63,833 nt of DNA, filler included, from Octopus bimaculoides (GCF_001194135.2; 4 parts of 4 records of this genome joined end to end with filler, not necessarily neighbours in it), one strand, 5' to 3'. Shown: positions 11,043 to 25,743, numbered from the whole stretch's first letter. A program made the numbers and translations. Notes: a model not told the origin generated them from the sequence alone.

Positions 11043-11858
11043 ATATAATATAATAGTATAATAAATGTGAATGTCAGTGTGTCACACTTTTTCAACTTTA
11101 CTCCTAGAGGCCATAATCCAACATATCATACCATTTTGGAATCAGGCTGACTCTGTGAATAAATCAAAAACATTCTGGGCTGCATCCAGACCCACAATCC
11201 TGAAATTTTAGATTCTCAAGTTTTCATTGCTGTGATTGTTTTCGGCGATTTATTTTACATGACTTTTTGTGGCAAATTTTTTTGTACAATAACAATTTTT
11301 ATAATCTAAAGGCTAATTCCGTGAGTAAATTAAAAACACTCCAGGCCGGATCTGGATCTGCAATCCTGAAATTTTGGATTCCGATGTTTTCATTACTGCA
11401 ATTGTTTTCAACGATTTTTTTTTTTTTGCATATCTTTTTGTGACGAATATGATCATCATTGGGNNNNNNNNNNNNNNNNNNNNNNNNNNNNNNNNNNNNN
11501 NNNNNNNNNNNNNNNNNNNNNNNNNNNNNNNNNNNNNNNNNNNNNNNNNNNNNNNNNNNNNNNNNNNNNNNNNNNNNNNNNNNNNNNNNNNNNNNNNNNN
11601 NNNNNNNNNNNNNNNNNNNNNNNNNNNNNNNNNNNNNNNNNNNNNNNNNNNNNNNNNNNNNNNNNNNNNNNNNNNNNNNNNNNNNNNNNNNNNNNNNNNN
11701 NNNNNNNNNNNNNNNNNNNNNNNNNNNNNNNNNNNNNNNNNNNNNNNNNNNNNNNNNNNNNNNNNNNNNNNNNNNNNNNNNNNNNNNNNNNNNNNNNNNN
11801 NNNNNNNNNNNNNNNNNNNNNNNNNNNNNNNNNNNNNNNNNNNNNNNNNNNNNNNNNG

Positions 11859-12160
11859 TGTCACCCGCATGAAGGCCAGTCAGGTGGTACTGGCAACAGC
11901 CACGCTCAAAATGGTGTATTTTATGTGCCACCTGCACAAGAGCCAGTCCAAGGGCACTGGCAACGATCTCGCTCGAAAATCCTATGAAGGCCAGTTAAGC
12001 GGTACTGGCAATGGCCACGCTCAAAATGGTGTATTTTATGTGCCACCCGCACAAGAGCCAGTCCAGGGGCACTGGTAACGATCTCGCTTGAAAGTCCTTA
12101 GACATGCCGCGGGCACAAGTGCCAGAAAGGCAATGCTGGGCACAGGTGCCATCACAAATT
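11859..12160 (-). repeat. RTE-associated 3'-UTR segment with a tandem duplication of about 113 bp
   Basis: GAAGGCCAGT..GGCACTGG(C/T)AACGATCTCGCT occurs twice in tandem. Confidence 0.6.
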
Positions 12161-12494
12161 CGCTTTCGCTTGCCCCAATATATATATATCCACAATAGGC
12201 AATCCACAATTCAAAACAAAAGACTCAATACTTTAGGAATGTAGAGTATACTTATTTTTATTAACAAGAGATTAAGTGAAAATATTTCTTCACGTATCTT
12301 CTGAGATAAGAATTATGCTGGCTGAAACCACCATAATATACATAAAACAGTACCACTAACAATGTTACACTCACATATTACATAAAGCAGATTCAATGCA
12401 ATAAAAACCATGAAAACAAAATACTGTGTATAACCAAAGTGCATGGAGTTGCACCTGACTGTTCAGTCAAAGTGTGCAATAAAATAAGACTACT

Positions 12495-12720
12495 GAAATG
12501 CTGGTTTCAAATTTTGGCACAAGGCCAGCAATTTTGGGGGCGGGGGTAATTTAATTACCCCCTCCCCCTTAATGTTCAACTGGTACTTCATTTATTGACC
12601 CTGAAAGGATGAAAAGGCAAAATTGACCTTTGCAGAATTTGAACTCAGAATGTAAAGGCAAACAAAATACTGCTAAACATTTTGCCTGATGCAATAATGA
12701 TTCTGCCAGCTTGCCACCTT
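12495..12720 (-). mobile_element. tRNA-type SINE (family C), decayed
   Basis: Same head and CCCCGAAAGGATGAAAGG motif as other family C copies. Confidence 0.7.
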
Positions 12721-12776
12721 GGACTACTGAAATATTAATATTACTGACACTAACTTATGAACAGAATATAACTTAC

Positions 12777-12873
12777 CATCTTTTAATTGGGTTGACTTCG
12801 TTATGGGAAGTGTGTATACATCTGGGACAGGATATTTTGAAAACAAAGGATAAGAGTAAACATTATCTGAATC
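12777..12873 (-). CDS. TBC1D32: BROMI coding exon, DSDNVYSYPLFSKYPVPDVYTLPITKSTQLKD
   Basis: TTTACTTTCAG acceptor, donor GTAAGT; 97 nt, phase 0->1. Matches recalled SDNPYPWPMFSSYPLP. Confidence 0.9.
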
Positions 12874-13639
12874 CTGAAAGTAAACAAAAGAGACAACATC
12901 AGACATGAACTAACACTAATAATGTCAACAGATTTTTTAAAATATTTAATATCTTTTTAGCTCTTCCAAAGAGAAAGGTTTTCAATATAAGAATTTAGGA
13001 AAAATAAGAGAAGTAGAAGACATAGGATGAATGAATGAACAGGATTATTGTGACTGATGTTTTGTTGGCTTCAGTCATATCTGATTGAGTAACAAATGAG
13101 TAGATGATTGAACAAAGCATTTGATAGGATATTTTTGGTGATGGCCAACGTAAATTTATGGCAAATATACACATATGTAAATGTCTATTATAGGGCTTTT
13201 AAATGGCCAGTGTTTATTTCTAGCTTTATAGCATTAAACAAGTAATATATAAACGGTTCTGTTGAAGAAGACATAAAACTACACTAAATCAAGTAATATT
13301 TCTAAGTGATTTGGTAGAGAACTGAGCTGAGGCATGATTAATTAATTGTATTGGCCAAATACACAGTGCAAATGTTTTGGGGTATTCAACATCTGTTTGA
13401 TTGCGAGGCAGCCTGTTAATAGATTTTGGTGCCTGGAGGTGCTTCAGAATATTCTGGGTGGGCACTAACTTGTAGAAATGCTAAAGTAGACTTTTGAAAT
13501 AAGTGTACTACAGTAAATTTGAAGGTGCACCATTGAATAGTGAGGGATCAGTACTATCCTGTGCATCTCCTTAGTGATGGGCATATAGGGAAGAGGCTCT
13601 TGAGCTCAGGGCCTCCACAGGCACTCCAAGAATGATGGC

Positions 13640-13872
13640 TAACATCTGTCTTGTTTAGTTGAAAATGAGTTACTGCAAGAAAATACAAGAAGTGAATTCC
13701 AGAGGTCTACATTTTGGAAAGGAAAGACAGGATGTAGTGGTTAGTGTAGAATCAAGAGATGAATGTTGGTGGATAGAATGTGGATGATGAGATAAGACGA
13801 GTGAGTGTTAACATAGTGAGGACATGAGACCAGTTAATCTCAAGGAGCAGAAGTCACTATAGTAGCAATAGG

Positions 13873-13925
<53 letters not shown>

Positions 13926-14270
13926 ATAGCATGACTGTTAGTTAAAGGCTATTAGTGAGGAGTGATTTCATACAGGTCAGTCAAGTAGTTTTTCTTTAGA
14001 TATTGCCAAGGCTCTCTGTGTGAGTAGCAGTAGCACTGTCCAGAATACAGATGCAGTATTCCGGAGTGAGTGTCACTTGAACTTTATTAGTAGCTGTAGT
14101 AGGGTGGAGAATTTTTCTGATCATGAAAACAATGAAAACCATGAAGGTGAGTCTTTATAATGCACTCTTGAGTATGCTGAAGACATGCAGTGACTATGAT
14201 GTCTAGCATTTGTAGTAACTTTGAGTAGTCCAATTGCTGTTGTTTAAGTTTGAGAGAGTGAGCAGTGATA
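13640..14270 (-). mobile_element. CR1/L2-group LINE 3' fragment with an (AG)n insertion
   Basis: Minus-strand remnants resembling LYKAQVRPTLEYCS.IW..A..TH.ESL..IQ and the RT C-terminal SFFPRT region. Confidence 0.55.
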
Positions 14271-14555
14271 ATGTTCTATTAAAATATTATCATACAGTCA
14301 TGGGAATGTCTCAATGATGATTATATATAATTAGTCACAGTTATATATATATATATATAAGCAGTCACAGATTGTTATATATATAAACAGTCACAGATTG
14401 TTATATATATAGTGTGAGGCAAGTAAAGTAATGTGTTTTGCCTCGGAACAAAACACATTAGCTCTAGAAATGAAATCATGATCCTGTAATGAGTAATGAA
14501 ACACTTAAAAACATGGCCACAGTAGCTTTGAGGCTGGTTAAAAAAAAACACCTAC

Positions 14556-14685
14556 CTGTTGAAGAGTTCGAGGAGGTAACTGGCGTTCGGTTGGTCCACC
14601 AACAAGAAATGATTGGACAAGAATGTAATTTCTCTCAAGTGATATCATGTCTATGATGATGGTACTAGATTGGGAACAAGAAAAC
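14556..14685 (-). CDS. TBC1D32: BROMI coding exon, [43 protein letters not shown]
   Basis: TTTAAG acceptor, donor GTAGGT; 130 nt, phase 2->0. Matches recalled [30 protein letters not shown]. Not in the supplied ORF track. Confidence 0.92.
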
Positions 14686-14884
14686 CTTAAATAATGATTT
14701 ATACAGAATATACTACAAATTATTTTACTCCTTCATTTTATATAGAAGTCTATAGATGTTAGGAGGTATTTATTTTAGTTCATCTGTCACATTCAGTATA
14801 TTGACAAACCATCCACACCACTAAGGGAATTTCTATACGGTCAGTGAAACTACAAGAAAATACGGCCAAGTACTCCTTCAACCA

Positions 14885-15200
14885 TCTATATATATAGATG
14901 AGAATGTATGTCTGTGTGTGTGTGTGTGTGTGTCTGTCTGTGTGAATCCCTAAAACTTGAGAACTACACAACCAATTTCATTCAAATTTTACACATGCCT
15001 TACTTAAGGTCCATGTAGTGTCATAGGCCAAAAATATTTTTAACTTCTTGCTTAGTGCGAGCCCAGAGCAATATCATATCTCCTCCACTATTTCAGTATT
15101 ACGTGTCAAAAGTGAAACCATGACATATTTCTATTGTAATGTCAGATATTTTCACTTTAATAGTTTCACTTTAATACTGAAACTATTAAAGTGAAACTAT
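14885..15200 (+). mobile_element. Helitron-type non-autonomous element, 5' part
   Basis: TCTATATATATA start; homologous to 56497-56790 and 58659-59428. Confidence 0.65.
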
Positions 15201-15316
15201 TATCTCTCCTTTCTGTTAAAGAGCGTAGCTCGAAACGTCAAAGACTTTCTCTATTCCCAAGCATTAAACTAATACATCGATTTGTTGTTTACACCACCTG
15301 TTTTTGTTGTTTTTTT
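15201..15316 (+). mobile_element. Penelope-like terminal repeat fragment with a hammerhead-like motif
   Basis: CCTTTCTGTTAAAGAGCGTAGCTCGAAACGTCAAAGACTTT; homologous to 39424-39461 and 52717-52754. Confidence 0.55.
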
Positions 15317-15457
15317 NNNNNNNNNNNNNNNNNNNNNNNNNNNNNNNNNNNNNNNNNNNNNNNNNNNNNNNNNNNNNNNNNNNNNNNNNNNNNNNNNNNN
15401 NNNNNNNNNNNNNNNNNNNNNNNNNNNNNNNNNNNNNNNNNNNNNNNNNNNNNNNNN

Positions 15458-15530
<73 letters not shown>

Positions 15531-16511
15531 TACATATAGATGTATATGTATACATGTATATGTATAAATGTGTATATATAGATGTACATGTAATATGTAG
15601 TAAACATATATATATACACATATATACATGCACACATATATATACACCCATACACACACACACACACATAGATGCAGGTGTGGTTGTGTGCTAAGAAACT
15701 TGGTTCCAAAACACATGGTCCTGGGTTCAGTACCACTTTTTATTATCACTGGGTCACACAGAGTCCCCTGATGGTAACATTGATTTCAAGGCCTTCCCAG
15801 ACGAGTGACTGGTTATTGAAAGACATTTATAGATCGTAAATTTATTCTGTCCAGTTACCTATCGGTATAGTAGTCATTTACAAACTCCAGAGGTGACATT
15901 TTCATTTCCCCTTAGCCCTCACGTCACACAGTTGTTAATGTTTCAGTTGGGTCACGCCCTTCTAATTGCTATAGATCCTTAATGCATCTTATGGCTTTGC
16001 CTGTCACCAGTATGGTAAGGAATCCTACATTGGGGAGTAGTAACGACTAGGGTAGGGTAGCCGACTGATTATTGTGATCATTCGTCTTTTAGTTTCCTGT
16101 AGCTTTGCTCTCTTTTACAAACCCATACATATATTTCCTATTTCAAAGAAATTCGAACAATACATATAAGACCCAACTTAAAAAGATTCTCAACAATTCA
16201 ACTTCTCTGGTTGACATTAAGACACCCACCCCCAATAGGGGCCTTAACTCCCACATTTTAGAGCTCTATGACCTCCATTTTTCAGGAGCAAAATCCTTTT
16301 AACAGGTTCCATAAGACTGAAAAGAGAAGAAGGTATGTGTATGCTAAATATTATAGTCCTAGATACATTATACCTCAGAAAATGAGAGGGTGATCATAGC
16401 TTGAAAATCTTGGATTGCAGGTCTGTCCCATCAAGGTTGACCTGGGGTTTAAACAACAACAACAACAATGAACAATGGTTAACTGTGATTAACTGCATAA
16501 AGTGAATGAAA

Positions 16512-16546
<35 letters not shown>

Positions 16547-17306
16547 CTCATACATTCACACACACACACACACACAAGGACACACTCACACACATACAGC
16601 CATACACACAGACATGCATGCATATGGACACACGGACACACACACTCCTGGCAAAATCAATGTTATTATAATATTTATAATCATTTAACTAACAACAACA
16701 TTTATTCATTACTCTCAATTAAATGGAATATTTACTTAATTAAATTAAGAAACAAAGTGAATTTAATCCTGTTTTCTTGGGTACCTGCACCACATACATA
16801 CATGCACATGTCCTAGACAGCTAGTGATTTATGGTTCAATACCATCTGTGGGTTCTTTGTTATTTTACAATCTTGAATTATCATTTAAGAAATATATGAT
16901 ATTTAAAAAAACTTTAAAAATACATATTTACATTATGTATTTTTCAAATTATTACTATTTATAATTTACTGATGTACAAGTTTGGTGATGCAATCAGGAA
17001 AAATAGAACTCAAAATATGAGCATATGTATATTTTTATTAATATTTAACAGAAGCAACAGAGTGACACAAGGGCTGAGAGTTTTGTGCATTGGCACTTAT
17101 TGCCAAATCACGAAACTCTTGGCTCTTGAGTCACTCTGTTGCTTCAGCTAAATATTAATAAAAATATAATTTATTGATGTATATATATGTACAGCTATGT
17201 GTGTTTATATGTCTATGTACGTATATATGTGTACAACTGGTTATGCACATAAGTATGTTTGTGTACAACAGCCTATGTTTGTATGTACAGGTATATCTGT
17301 TTGCAG

Positions 17307-17376
<70 letters not shown>

Positions 17377-17472
17377 ACATCTATGTATGTGTGTGTACAT
17401 CTATGTATGTGTGTATGTATATTTATAAATGTACATTTATCTGAGTGTATGTATGTATATAAATAGAATTAC

Positions 17473-17586
17473 CTGCTGTTATGTGAAGTGTGTTGTTCTT
17501 GGGCTTTAAGGAGCAGTTCCTGGAATTGGTACTGAGCTTGCAACAAGAGGCAGATATCCAAAGAATAGATGAGATCACTTAAAAAA
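17473..17586 (-). CDS. TBC1D32: BROMI coding exon, FLSDLIYSLDICLLLQAQYQFQELLLKAQEQHTSHNS(R)
   Basis: TTTTAG acceptor, donor GTAATT; 114 nt, phase 2->2, in frame with both neighbours. Matches recalled LLSVICCDLDTLLLLEAQYQVSEMLLNAQEE. Confidence 0.9.
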
Positions 17587-18480
17587 CTAAAATTAGAATA
17601 CAAGATGGATTTTAGCCAGAATTCTATGATAAACAATTGTAATAGAGAACATGAGAAGAGATTATATATTTTTGTGATGGATGACAAAGAACACTTACAC
17701 ACACATATTTGAAATTATTTGAAGAAATTTAATATTTGGAGTAGATTTCTTCAAATGTTATTTATTCTTAGTCTTTAGTATTTCTTTTACACTCTCTGCA
17801 TATTAGAATTGATTTGTGAGGTTGCAGAGAAGATCATTAGTTAACTGCAATATTTTAAATGATTGTTTTTCTTTCTTGGCATCATGTGGTTCCACCACAG
17901 AATGGAATAAAGATTATGGTCATACATATGGTTATATTTGGGCTGATATTTTAGTTAGTTATTTTAGTTAGTTCTACAGTATTAAGCACTTCATATAGAG
18001 AAGATTAGTGATAAAAATATTGAACTGTTTGAAAAGAAGAGTGATAGAAATTTATAGCTCTAGTCCACTTAAATTTACGCACACTTTCTAATGAGAGATT
18101 TTCAGTGTAGTCATGTAATCTGCTTAATAAGCATTCTACTGTTAAAATGGAGGTTAGATATATTAAAGTCTTGCTCCATAATAAAAATTATCACTAGAAC
18201 AGCCATCAATAGAGTCAGACACAAACTAACAAGCTAGACAACTTACAGCTGTATACCATGAGTGATAGGCCTAAGAATTGGCCTTAAACAGTTACTGAAA
18301 CTAGTTACCATATTGTTAGTTCTGCCAGAGTTGATGGTGAGTGCACAACACAACATTAATGTTGAAATCAAATACAATTTTCACAATGGTTATGTGTAAA
18401 CAGTTTATACTTCACTGTTTGCATATATATGTATGTGTATGTATGTATCTATATGTGTGTGTATATATATATATATATGC

Positions 18481-18532
<52 letters not shown>

Positions 18533-20399
18533 ATGTATACACACACACACACACACAGTATTTTGATATTTTACCTACTTATCAGTCGTTAACTTATGAT
18601 TCTTCATCACTGTACATTCAAATATCTGAGTCTTTGACAAACAATTACCAATGTTCCAAACTATTGTCTATATCTTGTACACAATAAACTCATGAAATTT
18701 AGCAAATTGGATGAAGAAATCCAAATGTAATATCTTTTAAGAGAGAAACTGTCATTTTTGTTTGTTTTTTGTTCATATAAATTTGATCTGTATCCATAAA
18801 CAGGATAAATATTCCCCATTAAGAGATTTAAGAAACTAAAGTAAAATAAGTCTGACTTAAAACATAGAAGCAGGTCTCTCAAAAATGTGTAAACCATGGA
18901 AAACGTGATAGAAAGCTTAAATCTTTGAATTGATGGAATGACATTTTCAGGAAAAAATCCCTGAAAAGACTACAACATTCAACAAATGAGCTATTTAGTA
19001 AGAAATGTGAAGGTAATAAAACATTAAATTATTCAGAAATAATGTAATTTTGAAGAACTGACATTTCATTGCAATCAGACTTTAAATGAGGGAAATTGTT
19101 GAATTCTATCATCAGTTCAGGAAATAAATAATTAGAGAAAGCTTAATTAAAGAAGAGCAAAAAGGTTCTTCTAATTATGAGCCTTGACCAAATCTCCTCT
19201 GAAGATTGGATTGCACAATTAAGAAATCAAAGAAATACACTTAAAAATTATTGCAAGAAACAAAAAATATAAAATACATTTAATTAAAAGAATACCTTTC
19301 TCTTGAGAAATTTTACAACACTAGATTTTTAATGATTTATCTTTTTTTTTTTTTTGTTCAGTTATTAATGATTATTGGAAATTTTCAGTTTATAAAACTA
19401 CAGCCACATTCCTACACAGGGATTCAGTTAAAATGATGGAATATACATTCCCTACTTTTATTTGACAATGTTGATAATTTTATTTTAGAATTCAATAAAC
19501 GGGTTTTGTATTTAATGAAGTAATCCTTCCCAAAAAGGAAAATATTAAATGTTCACTGTGATCAATAATCAAATATTTTAGTGTAATTAGTTCTGGTATT
19601 GAGAAAAGTGGAAGCAACAAAGTACATTAAGCCTCAAGTAGTTCATCAAATATTTGATAGACTCGTGATTCTAAACAAATAGAAAGGTGAATGTTTTCAG
19701 GGAATTCTTGTTGGTAAACTCTGCCTCAAATGTTTGAGCATTATGAAATTTGTATATAATGTTCTACTTCTTTATATTGCAATGGTCACTTATTCACTTC
19801 CACTCTTCCTTCTCATCCTCATTTTCTTTTAGTTGAAAGTCATTTAATACATCAACAGTACAAAGATGAATATATGATCCATTTATTTTCCTTTTTAATT
19901 CTTTCAATTTGCTAAATATGGGGGAATGATATTCACAGAATATTAGTTTCAATACATAGAATAGATGACTTTTTTTTATATTATCGAATCTTTAGTTTTA
20001 ATTAGTAGTTAAAATAGTGATCTAAAATATAATTCAAAATGACATTAATTGCAAACGACAGGTTAACATTTTTTATAAAAATAATTAAGTTCTAATAAGT
20101 TTTAATGAAAATTAGTTATATAAAACCTTTTAAATTCAACTTCATTTTTAGTAATGATTTCTTTTAATGGCATAAATTATAAGTTGATTTACTAAAACTG
20201 AAATTACTTAAAAACTGTGTCAATTTTTATTTTCAATTCACTCATGTTCATAACTAAACAAGACAGTGGAATCATATAATGTTTTATTCTAAAATAACAA
20301 TAATTTATATTTAAACTTGTTTCAACTGATTTGAGAATTTAGTTATCCATTTAGTTTATCTTTCAAACCATAGAATGCTTAATTAGGCTCTGCAGTAAG

Positions 20400-21675
20400 G
20401 AATGGTAGTCAGAAACTTTGTTTGCTTTTTTAAGAGGAAATAAGACAAGTTTTAAACATAATTTATTCATTCAATCAGTGATATAATTGCTTTTCAGCTT
20501 CAGCATCTTCTGCCATTCTATTTAGAATCAATACCTTCTGCAAAAAATTTCCTGTTTTTACTGGTGAAGAACTCTTCCATATGAACTTGTACATCCTCTT
20601 CAGAGTTGAAAGTCTGTCAATTCAAGGAAATTTGAAGAGACTGAAACAAATGGAAATCTGAAGGCACAAGGTCAGGCAAATATAAAGGGTGAGACAAAAC
20701 TTTGAAGCCAAAACTCAATAATGTCCGCTGTGTCTGCAAAGAAGTGTGTGGTCTGGCATTGTCATAATGAAAGATGTTGCCCTCATGATTAGCAAGTTCT
20801 GGATACTTCTGGTGGATCACAGTGTTTAATTTGTCCAGCTGGTCACAGTACACATCCAAATTGATGGTCATGTTCATGGGAAGAAGCTCGTAAAAGTTAA
20901 TGTCCATCCAATCCCATCAAATTGAAAGCATAACCTTCTCTGGGTGAAGTCCTGCTTTGGAGGTTGTTTGTGCTGGTATGCTGCACTTCCCCCATGATCA
21001 TTTACACATCACATTGTTATAGATGATCCATTTTTCATCTCCTGTCAGCATTCTCTTCAAAAACAATCATTTTCTTCATGCATCTGCAACAAATCACATG
21101 GAAATTCATAGAGCCATGATTTTCGCATTCAGTTGATGTGGGACCAAATCATCAAATCTGCTGACATAACCAAGTTGATGTAGAAGGTTTTCAGCATTTG
21201 ATTTGATACTGGGAAAATATCTGAGATTATCCTGATCATAATAGAGGTAGGCCTTAAATAATTTCATTTTGTTGTTGTTAATTTTGGCTGGCTGGTCAGA
21301 CCAAGATGCATCTTGAACTGAAAAATTTCCTGATCAAAATCTTGAAAACCACTTCTGTCACACATGTTCCATAACAGCATCCTATCCATACACAGAAAAT
21401 ATCTTCTTGCAAATCTCTGCTCCTTTCTTGCCTTTTGTTTAAAAAAAAAAGCATGATGTGTTGATAATGTTTATTTTTGGCTGTCCATTTTCAGGGTGAT
21501 CTCAAGTACACAAAACGCAACCTATCTTGTTGCAACTTCATGTTGAACCATGTTAGTGTGTCAGGTATCTAACAAAAGCATGCACAAAGAGAAAAAGCAA
21601 ACAATGACAGGCATTTAACAAGTATGTATGTACAAAGGAAAAAAAATGAACAAACTTTTTGGCCAATCCAACACA
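20400..21675 (-). mobile_element. Decayed near-full-length mariner (DD34D) transposon
   Basis: ORF 20617-20907 DNARPH...HPLYLPDLVPSDFHLFQSL with 34 residues between the two Asp; TIR remnants TGTTGGATTGGCCAAAAAGTTTGTT and GGTAGTCAGAAACTTTGTTTG. Confidence 0.85.
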
Positions 21676-23229
21676 TTGATTTCTATATCAGAGATATTTT
21701 TTGATTATAAAAATGTGCCTTAGTTTTAGTCTAAAAAGGAAACCAATACATTTCATTAAAATATCTATTTCAAATAAACAAATATTCATTCTAGATTAAG
21801 TATTCACACTGCAAGATTCCAATACTTTGATAGAATTAATTTGAATTTCATTGAATTATTACCAATAAAAATGTCTAATAAAAAATGAATTATTTTACAA
21901 TTAGTTTTAACAGTAACTTTCATAAACAGTGGCACTGATTCAAATTGGTGCTTAATTTTTAGCATTACCTTATTAAATTTTTTTATTCCAACAAGCTGAT
22001 AAAGAAGCCTCTACACCAAACATGGGCAACCTTTTTTGAGAAGAGGACCACATGAGACATGGCTCATCATCACATTGGCAAAACTACTAAAAACATTCAA
22101 GGTAATTTTTACTTAGATATGCATTCGAGAAAGTCCTGCGATCCACAGGTTGCTCATGACTGCTTTACACAATGCCTTCACCAGCAAGAAATAACAACTA
22201 AATCTATCCTAAGTGTTACAAAAAGGGAGGATACATTTGATACTGGTGTTCAAGATAAATTATATACTAATTTATTTTTTACTGAGAGTATTTCAAAATT
22301 TTATAAACAGTGTCTGATGAAAAGCATTGGAATCTGTTTACCTTATTTATTTTAACAACATCTGCAATGAAAACAGCAGAGAAAATTCACTCAGTTGTGA
22401 GCAAGTATCTTCAACTACTGCTATACTGACAGTAGAGGCAGAGAGAGGAGAATATAAATTACATTTGTAAAAGATGTACTGGTCATGCCTGAAATACCCT
22501 TGATAATAAATTTGCTCTACCAGGGCTGATCAGCGGCTAAAAACGTTTATACTTCATACATGCAGTAATTTACGAATTTCAGAACATCTATGCATGTTCA
22601 ATTGATGGGATATAAACTGCACACTAGTGACTTGACTATTAACATAGCTGGCTATTCAATGAAATTTGCCATATTTGTGAATATTTTATATAACTATGAG
22701 TTGAAATAGCTGGGTGCTTTTGTTGAGGAAAGTCTTTATAAATATTGATGCTATAATATTAACAATATGCACATTATGGTTTGATATTTTAAAGTTTTAT
22801 AGTCAATATCTTTGTGGTTATAGAATAGTTTCTTTGTGAACTGATATGATGAATATTTTACTAAAACAAAGTAAATAATTTGGAACAACTCTGTTGTAAT
22901 GTAATGTTTTCGTTTGATAAATTATAATAGAAAACTAATATCTTTTGGCAACCCTGCTACAAACTGTTGTTTGTAGCAGAGTTGCCAGCTGTTAATATTG
23001 TTAATTGAAGGAAAGTTCTTCAAACTGAAGAATGCTGCAATGTTTGTTTGGGATTTTTTCTTTTATAACATAAACATTGCAACACTGGCTCTCTGTGACT
23101 ATCACACTACACATTATCAAACAGAATTACTAAAAGTAGGTTATCGACAACATTGATAACAACATAACTTCATGTGTTTCACATGAGAAATATTTTACAA
23201 CTTATTGATAGGAAATGAAAAGCACTGAC

Positions 23230-23318
23230 CGTAATCCAAAAATATGGGATTCATCATAGTTGAATAATGAATGAATTTTTGCTGAACTGTCAATTAGAAC
23301 TATTCGATCAATGAGCTC
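23230..23318 (-). CDS. TBC1D32: Broad-minded (BROMI) coding exon, ELIDRIVLIDSSAKIHSLFNYDESHIFGL(R)
   Basis: Strong acceptor (TTTTTTTTTCACTACCAG) and donor GTCAGT; 89 nt, phase 0->2. Peptide matches the recalled vertebrate BROMI segment [30 protein letters not shown]. Confidence 0.9.
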
Positions 23319-23669
23319 CTGGTAGTGAAAAAAAAAGACAGGACAACAGTAAAATTAGAAGCTTTGCTATGATATATCCATACATAAATACATGCATGCA
23401 TGCACGCACACACACATACATACACATACACATTATCTTCTTTTTTTTATGTCACTTTTTCCACACTAGCATGGATTATATGAATATGTCAGTTTTACAG
23501 GCAGATGCCTTTCCTATCACTAACTTTATCTGTTTTTCAAGCAAGGAATCTTATATTCCATGTGGTTTCAAAGGCATGAAGTGAGCAGATGATTTGTTGA
23601 CAGGAGAACTGACAGCAACACCCACATGTGACAACTTTCATAAAGTGAGATGTAAATACACACACACAC

Positions 23670-23835
23670 ACACATACATGATGGCTTTCTTTCAATTTCT
23701 CTCCACCAAATCCACTAACAAGGCTTTGGTCAGCTGGGGCTATAGTAGAAGACACTAGACCAAGTTGAGGTGCAGCAGGATTGAACCTGAAACTATATGT
23801 TTAAGAAGTGAACTTCTTAAACCACACAGCTATGC
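23670..23835 (-). mobile_element. SINE family A, 5' half
   Basis: GGCTATAGTAGAAGACAC core and tRNA-like head. Confidence 0.65.
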
Positions 23836-24202
23836 TTATGCACATGCATGCACGTGCATGTGTGTGTATGCATATGGGGGTTCATTTGGCAAAGATGTTC
23901 AATGGTTAAGTGAATAAATTGATCTAGAGTTTCTTTTGCTAGTTGAAAGTTAATGCTCCAGCATTGGCACCATGATTGTCTCTTACCTCAATCCATTGTC
24001 CCATTTATGGTCCAGTTGATTACTCCTTCAGTCATCTGTCATAAGTACTGTCCAATAAGATAACAGCTGTGTTTTACAGATTGCAAAAGTCTTTTAGGAG
24101 GAGGTGATACAGAGTAAGCTTATAATAGATCTATAGTAAGTATGTGGGTAGATCCATATACTGAAATATATAACTAATGATAATATATAATTAATTCCAT
24201 AC

Positions 24203-24264
24203 TGTGGTATTATGTTGGTAGCTCAGTAAATATGAAGATGAACAGACTTCTATATCTACATCTA
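24203..24264 (-). CDS. Candidate small BROMI exon, (V)DVDIEVCSSSYLLSYQHNTT
   Basis: CTTCAG acceptor and GTATGG donor; 62 nt, phase 1->0, compatible with the 23318 exon. Little sequence similarity to remembered orthologues. Confidence 0.35.
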
Positions 24265-24374
24265 CTGAAGATTGCTGGTATTCACACAATATTCATACAA
24301 TACCATGGTATGGATTTAATATACATACATATGTACACACATGCTTATAAAAATGTAAAAACCTCCTTCTGTTA

Positions 24375-24692
24375 AGTTTGACCATGGGAATGCACCTAAA
24401 AAGTTCCCCTCTGAGGCACAAATCCAGGCAAGGTTGTTTATGGAAGATCAGCAGTCACCCATGCATACCAGTCTCCCCTCTCCACACCACCGATGTTATC
24501 CAAGGGAAAGGCAAAGGCTGAAACAACTTGGCACCATGATGTTGCAACTTATTTCTATAGCTGAGTGAACTGGAGCAATGTGAAATAAAGTGTCTTGCTT
24601 AAGACCACAACAAACAGCCCGGTCCGGGAATCGAACTCACTACCTCATGATTGTGAGCCCAATGCTCTAACCACTGATCTATGCACCTTCAC
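24375..24692 (-). mobile_element. tRNA-type SINE (family E)
   Basis: Homologous to 3460-3783. Confidence 0.8.
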
Positions 24693-25050
24693 ATATGCTT
24701 ATAGATGCATACAAACATAAATATGTACTAACGTCAACCTTGTGTCCTTTCATGAAGCTCCATGCAGCATGGCAGTTGCTACTTAGTTGTGGTCATATTG
24801 TTTTAGGTACAAGAGAGACAACAAAAAGCATTTCTACAATGCTGCTGCTTGCACCACCTAACTGTATGTATAAGTACCCCAGGCTAATAATGACCAGTCT
24901 GTGGTACTCATATATACACAGGTCCAGATTTAAGTATGGATTGACATGGGCCATGGACCTTTAATTCAGAGAAGCCTAAAACTTAGAATTAAAAATTTGA
25001 ACAATGTATTTACAACAACCAAACAAATAATTTATAAAAATTATCTATTT

Positions 25051-25422
25051 TTACTTACTCTTACTCTTTTACTTGTTTCAGTCATTTGACTGTGGCCATG
25101 CTGGAGCACCACCTTTTAGTCAAGCTAATTGACCCCAGGACTTATTCTTTGTAAGCCTAGTACTTATTCTATCGGTCTCTTTTGCCGAACCGCTAAGTTA
25201 CAGGGACGTAAACACACCATCATCGGTTGTCAAGCGATATTGGGGGGACAAACACAGACACACAAACATATACACACACATACACATATATATACATATA
25301 TACGACAGCCTTCTTTCAGTTTCCGTCTACCAAATCCACTCACAAGGCTTTGGTTGGCCTGAGGCTATAGTAGAAGGCACTTGCCCAAGATGCCACGCAG
25401 TGGGAATGAACCCGGAACCATC
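25051..25422 (-). mobile_element. SINE family A
   Basis: Reverse complement of the 4668-5080 consensus; head truncated. Confidence 0.85.
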
Positions 25423-25743
25423 CAATAAAGATTTTGAAAACAACTGAGCCCACTTTTGATTTATTGGGCCTGCAAATTTGAAGGGTTGGGGTGTCCTCAC
25501 TAAGTATAAATTTGGATCCATATATAGAGTTAGGTGGAACAAGCAATTAACCATAGATTCAATGCAATAATGACTATAGAATACAGATAACTGACCTGTA
25601 TGCCAGCTCTTCAGTAGCTTATCTAATTATTTATTCCACCAATATTTAGCCCATAAATAAAATAATCTCATCTGTCACTAGTGAAGAAAACCACTATTAT
25701 CATATTGATTATTACTGGTGATCATTGTAATATTGATTATTAC

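Noticed and set aside
22059-22560. Plus-strand 98-aa ORF and several minus-strand microexon-like sites (for example 20 nt DVVKINK)
   Set aside because: The exons at 23230 and 17586 already join in frame with continuous homology; no motif support.
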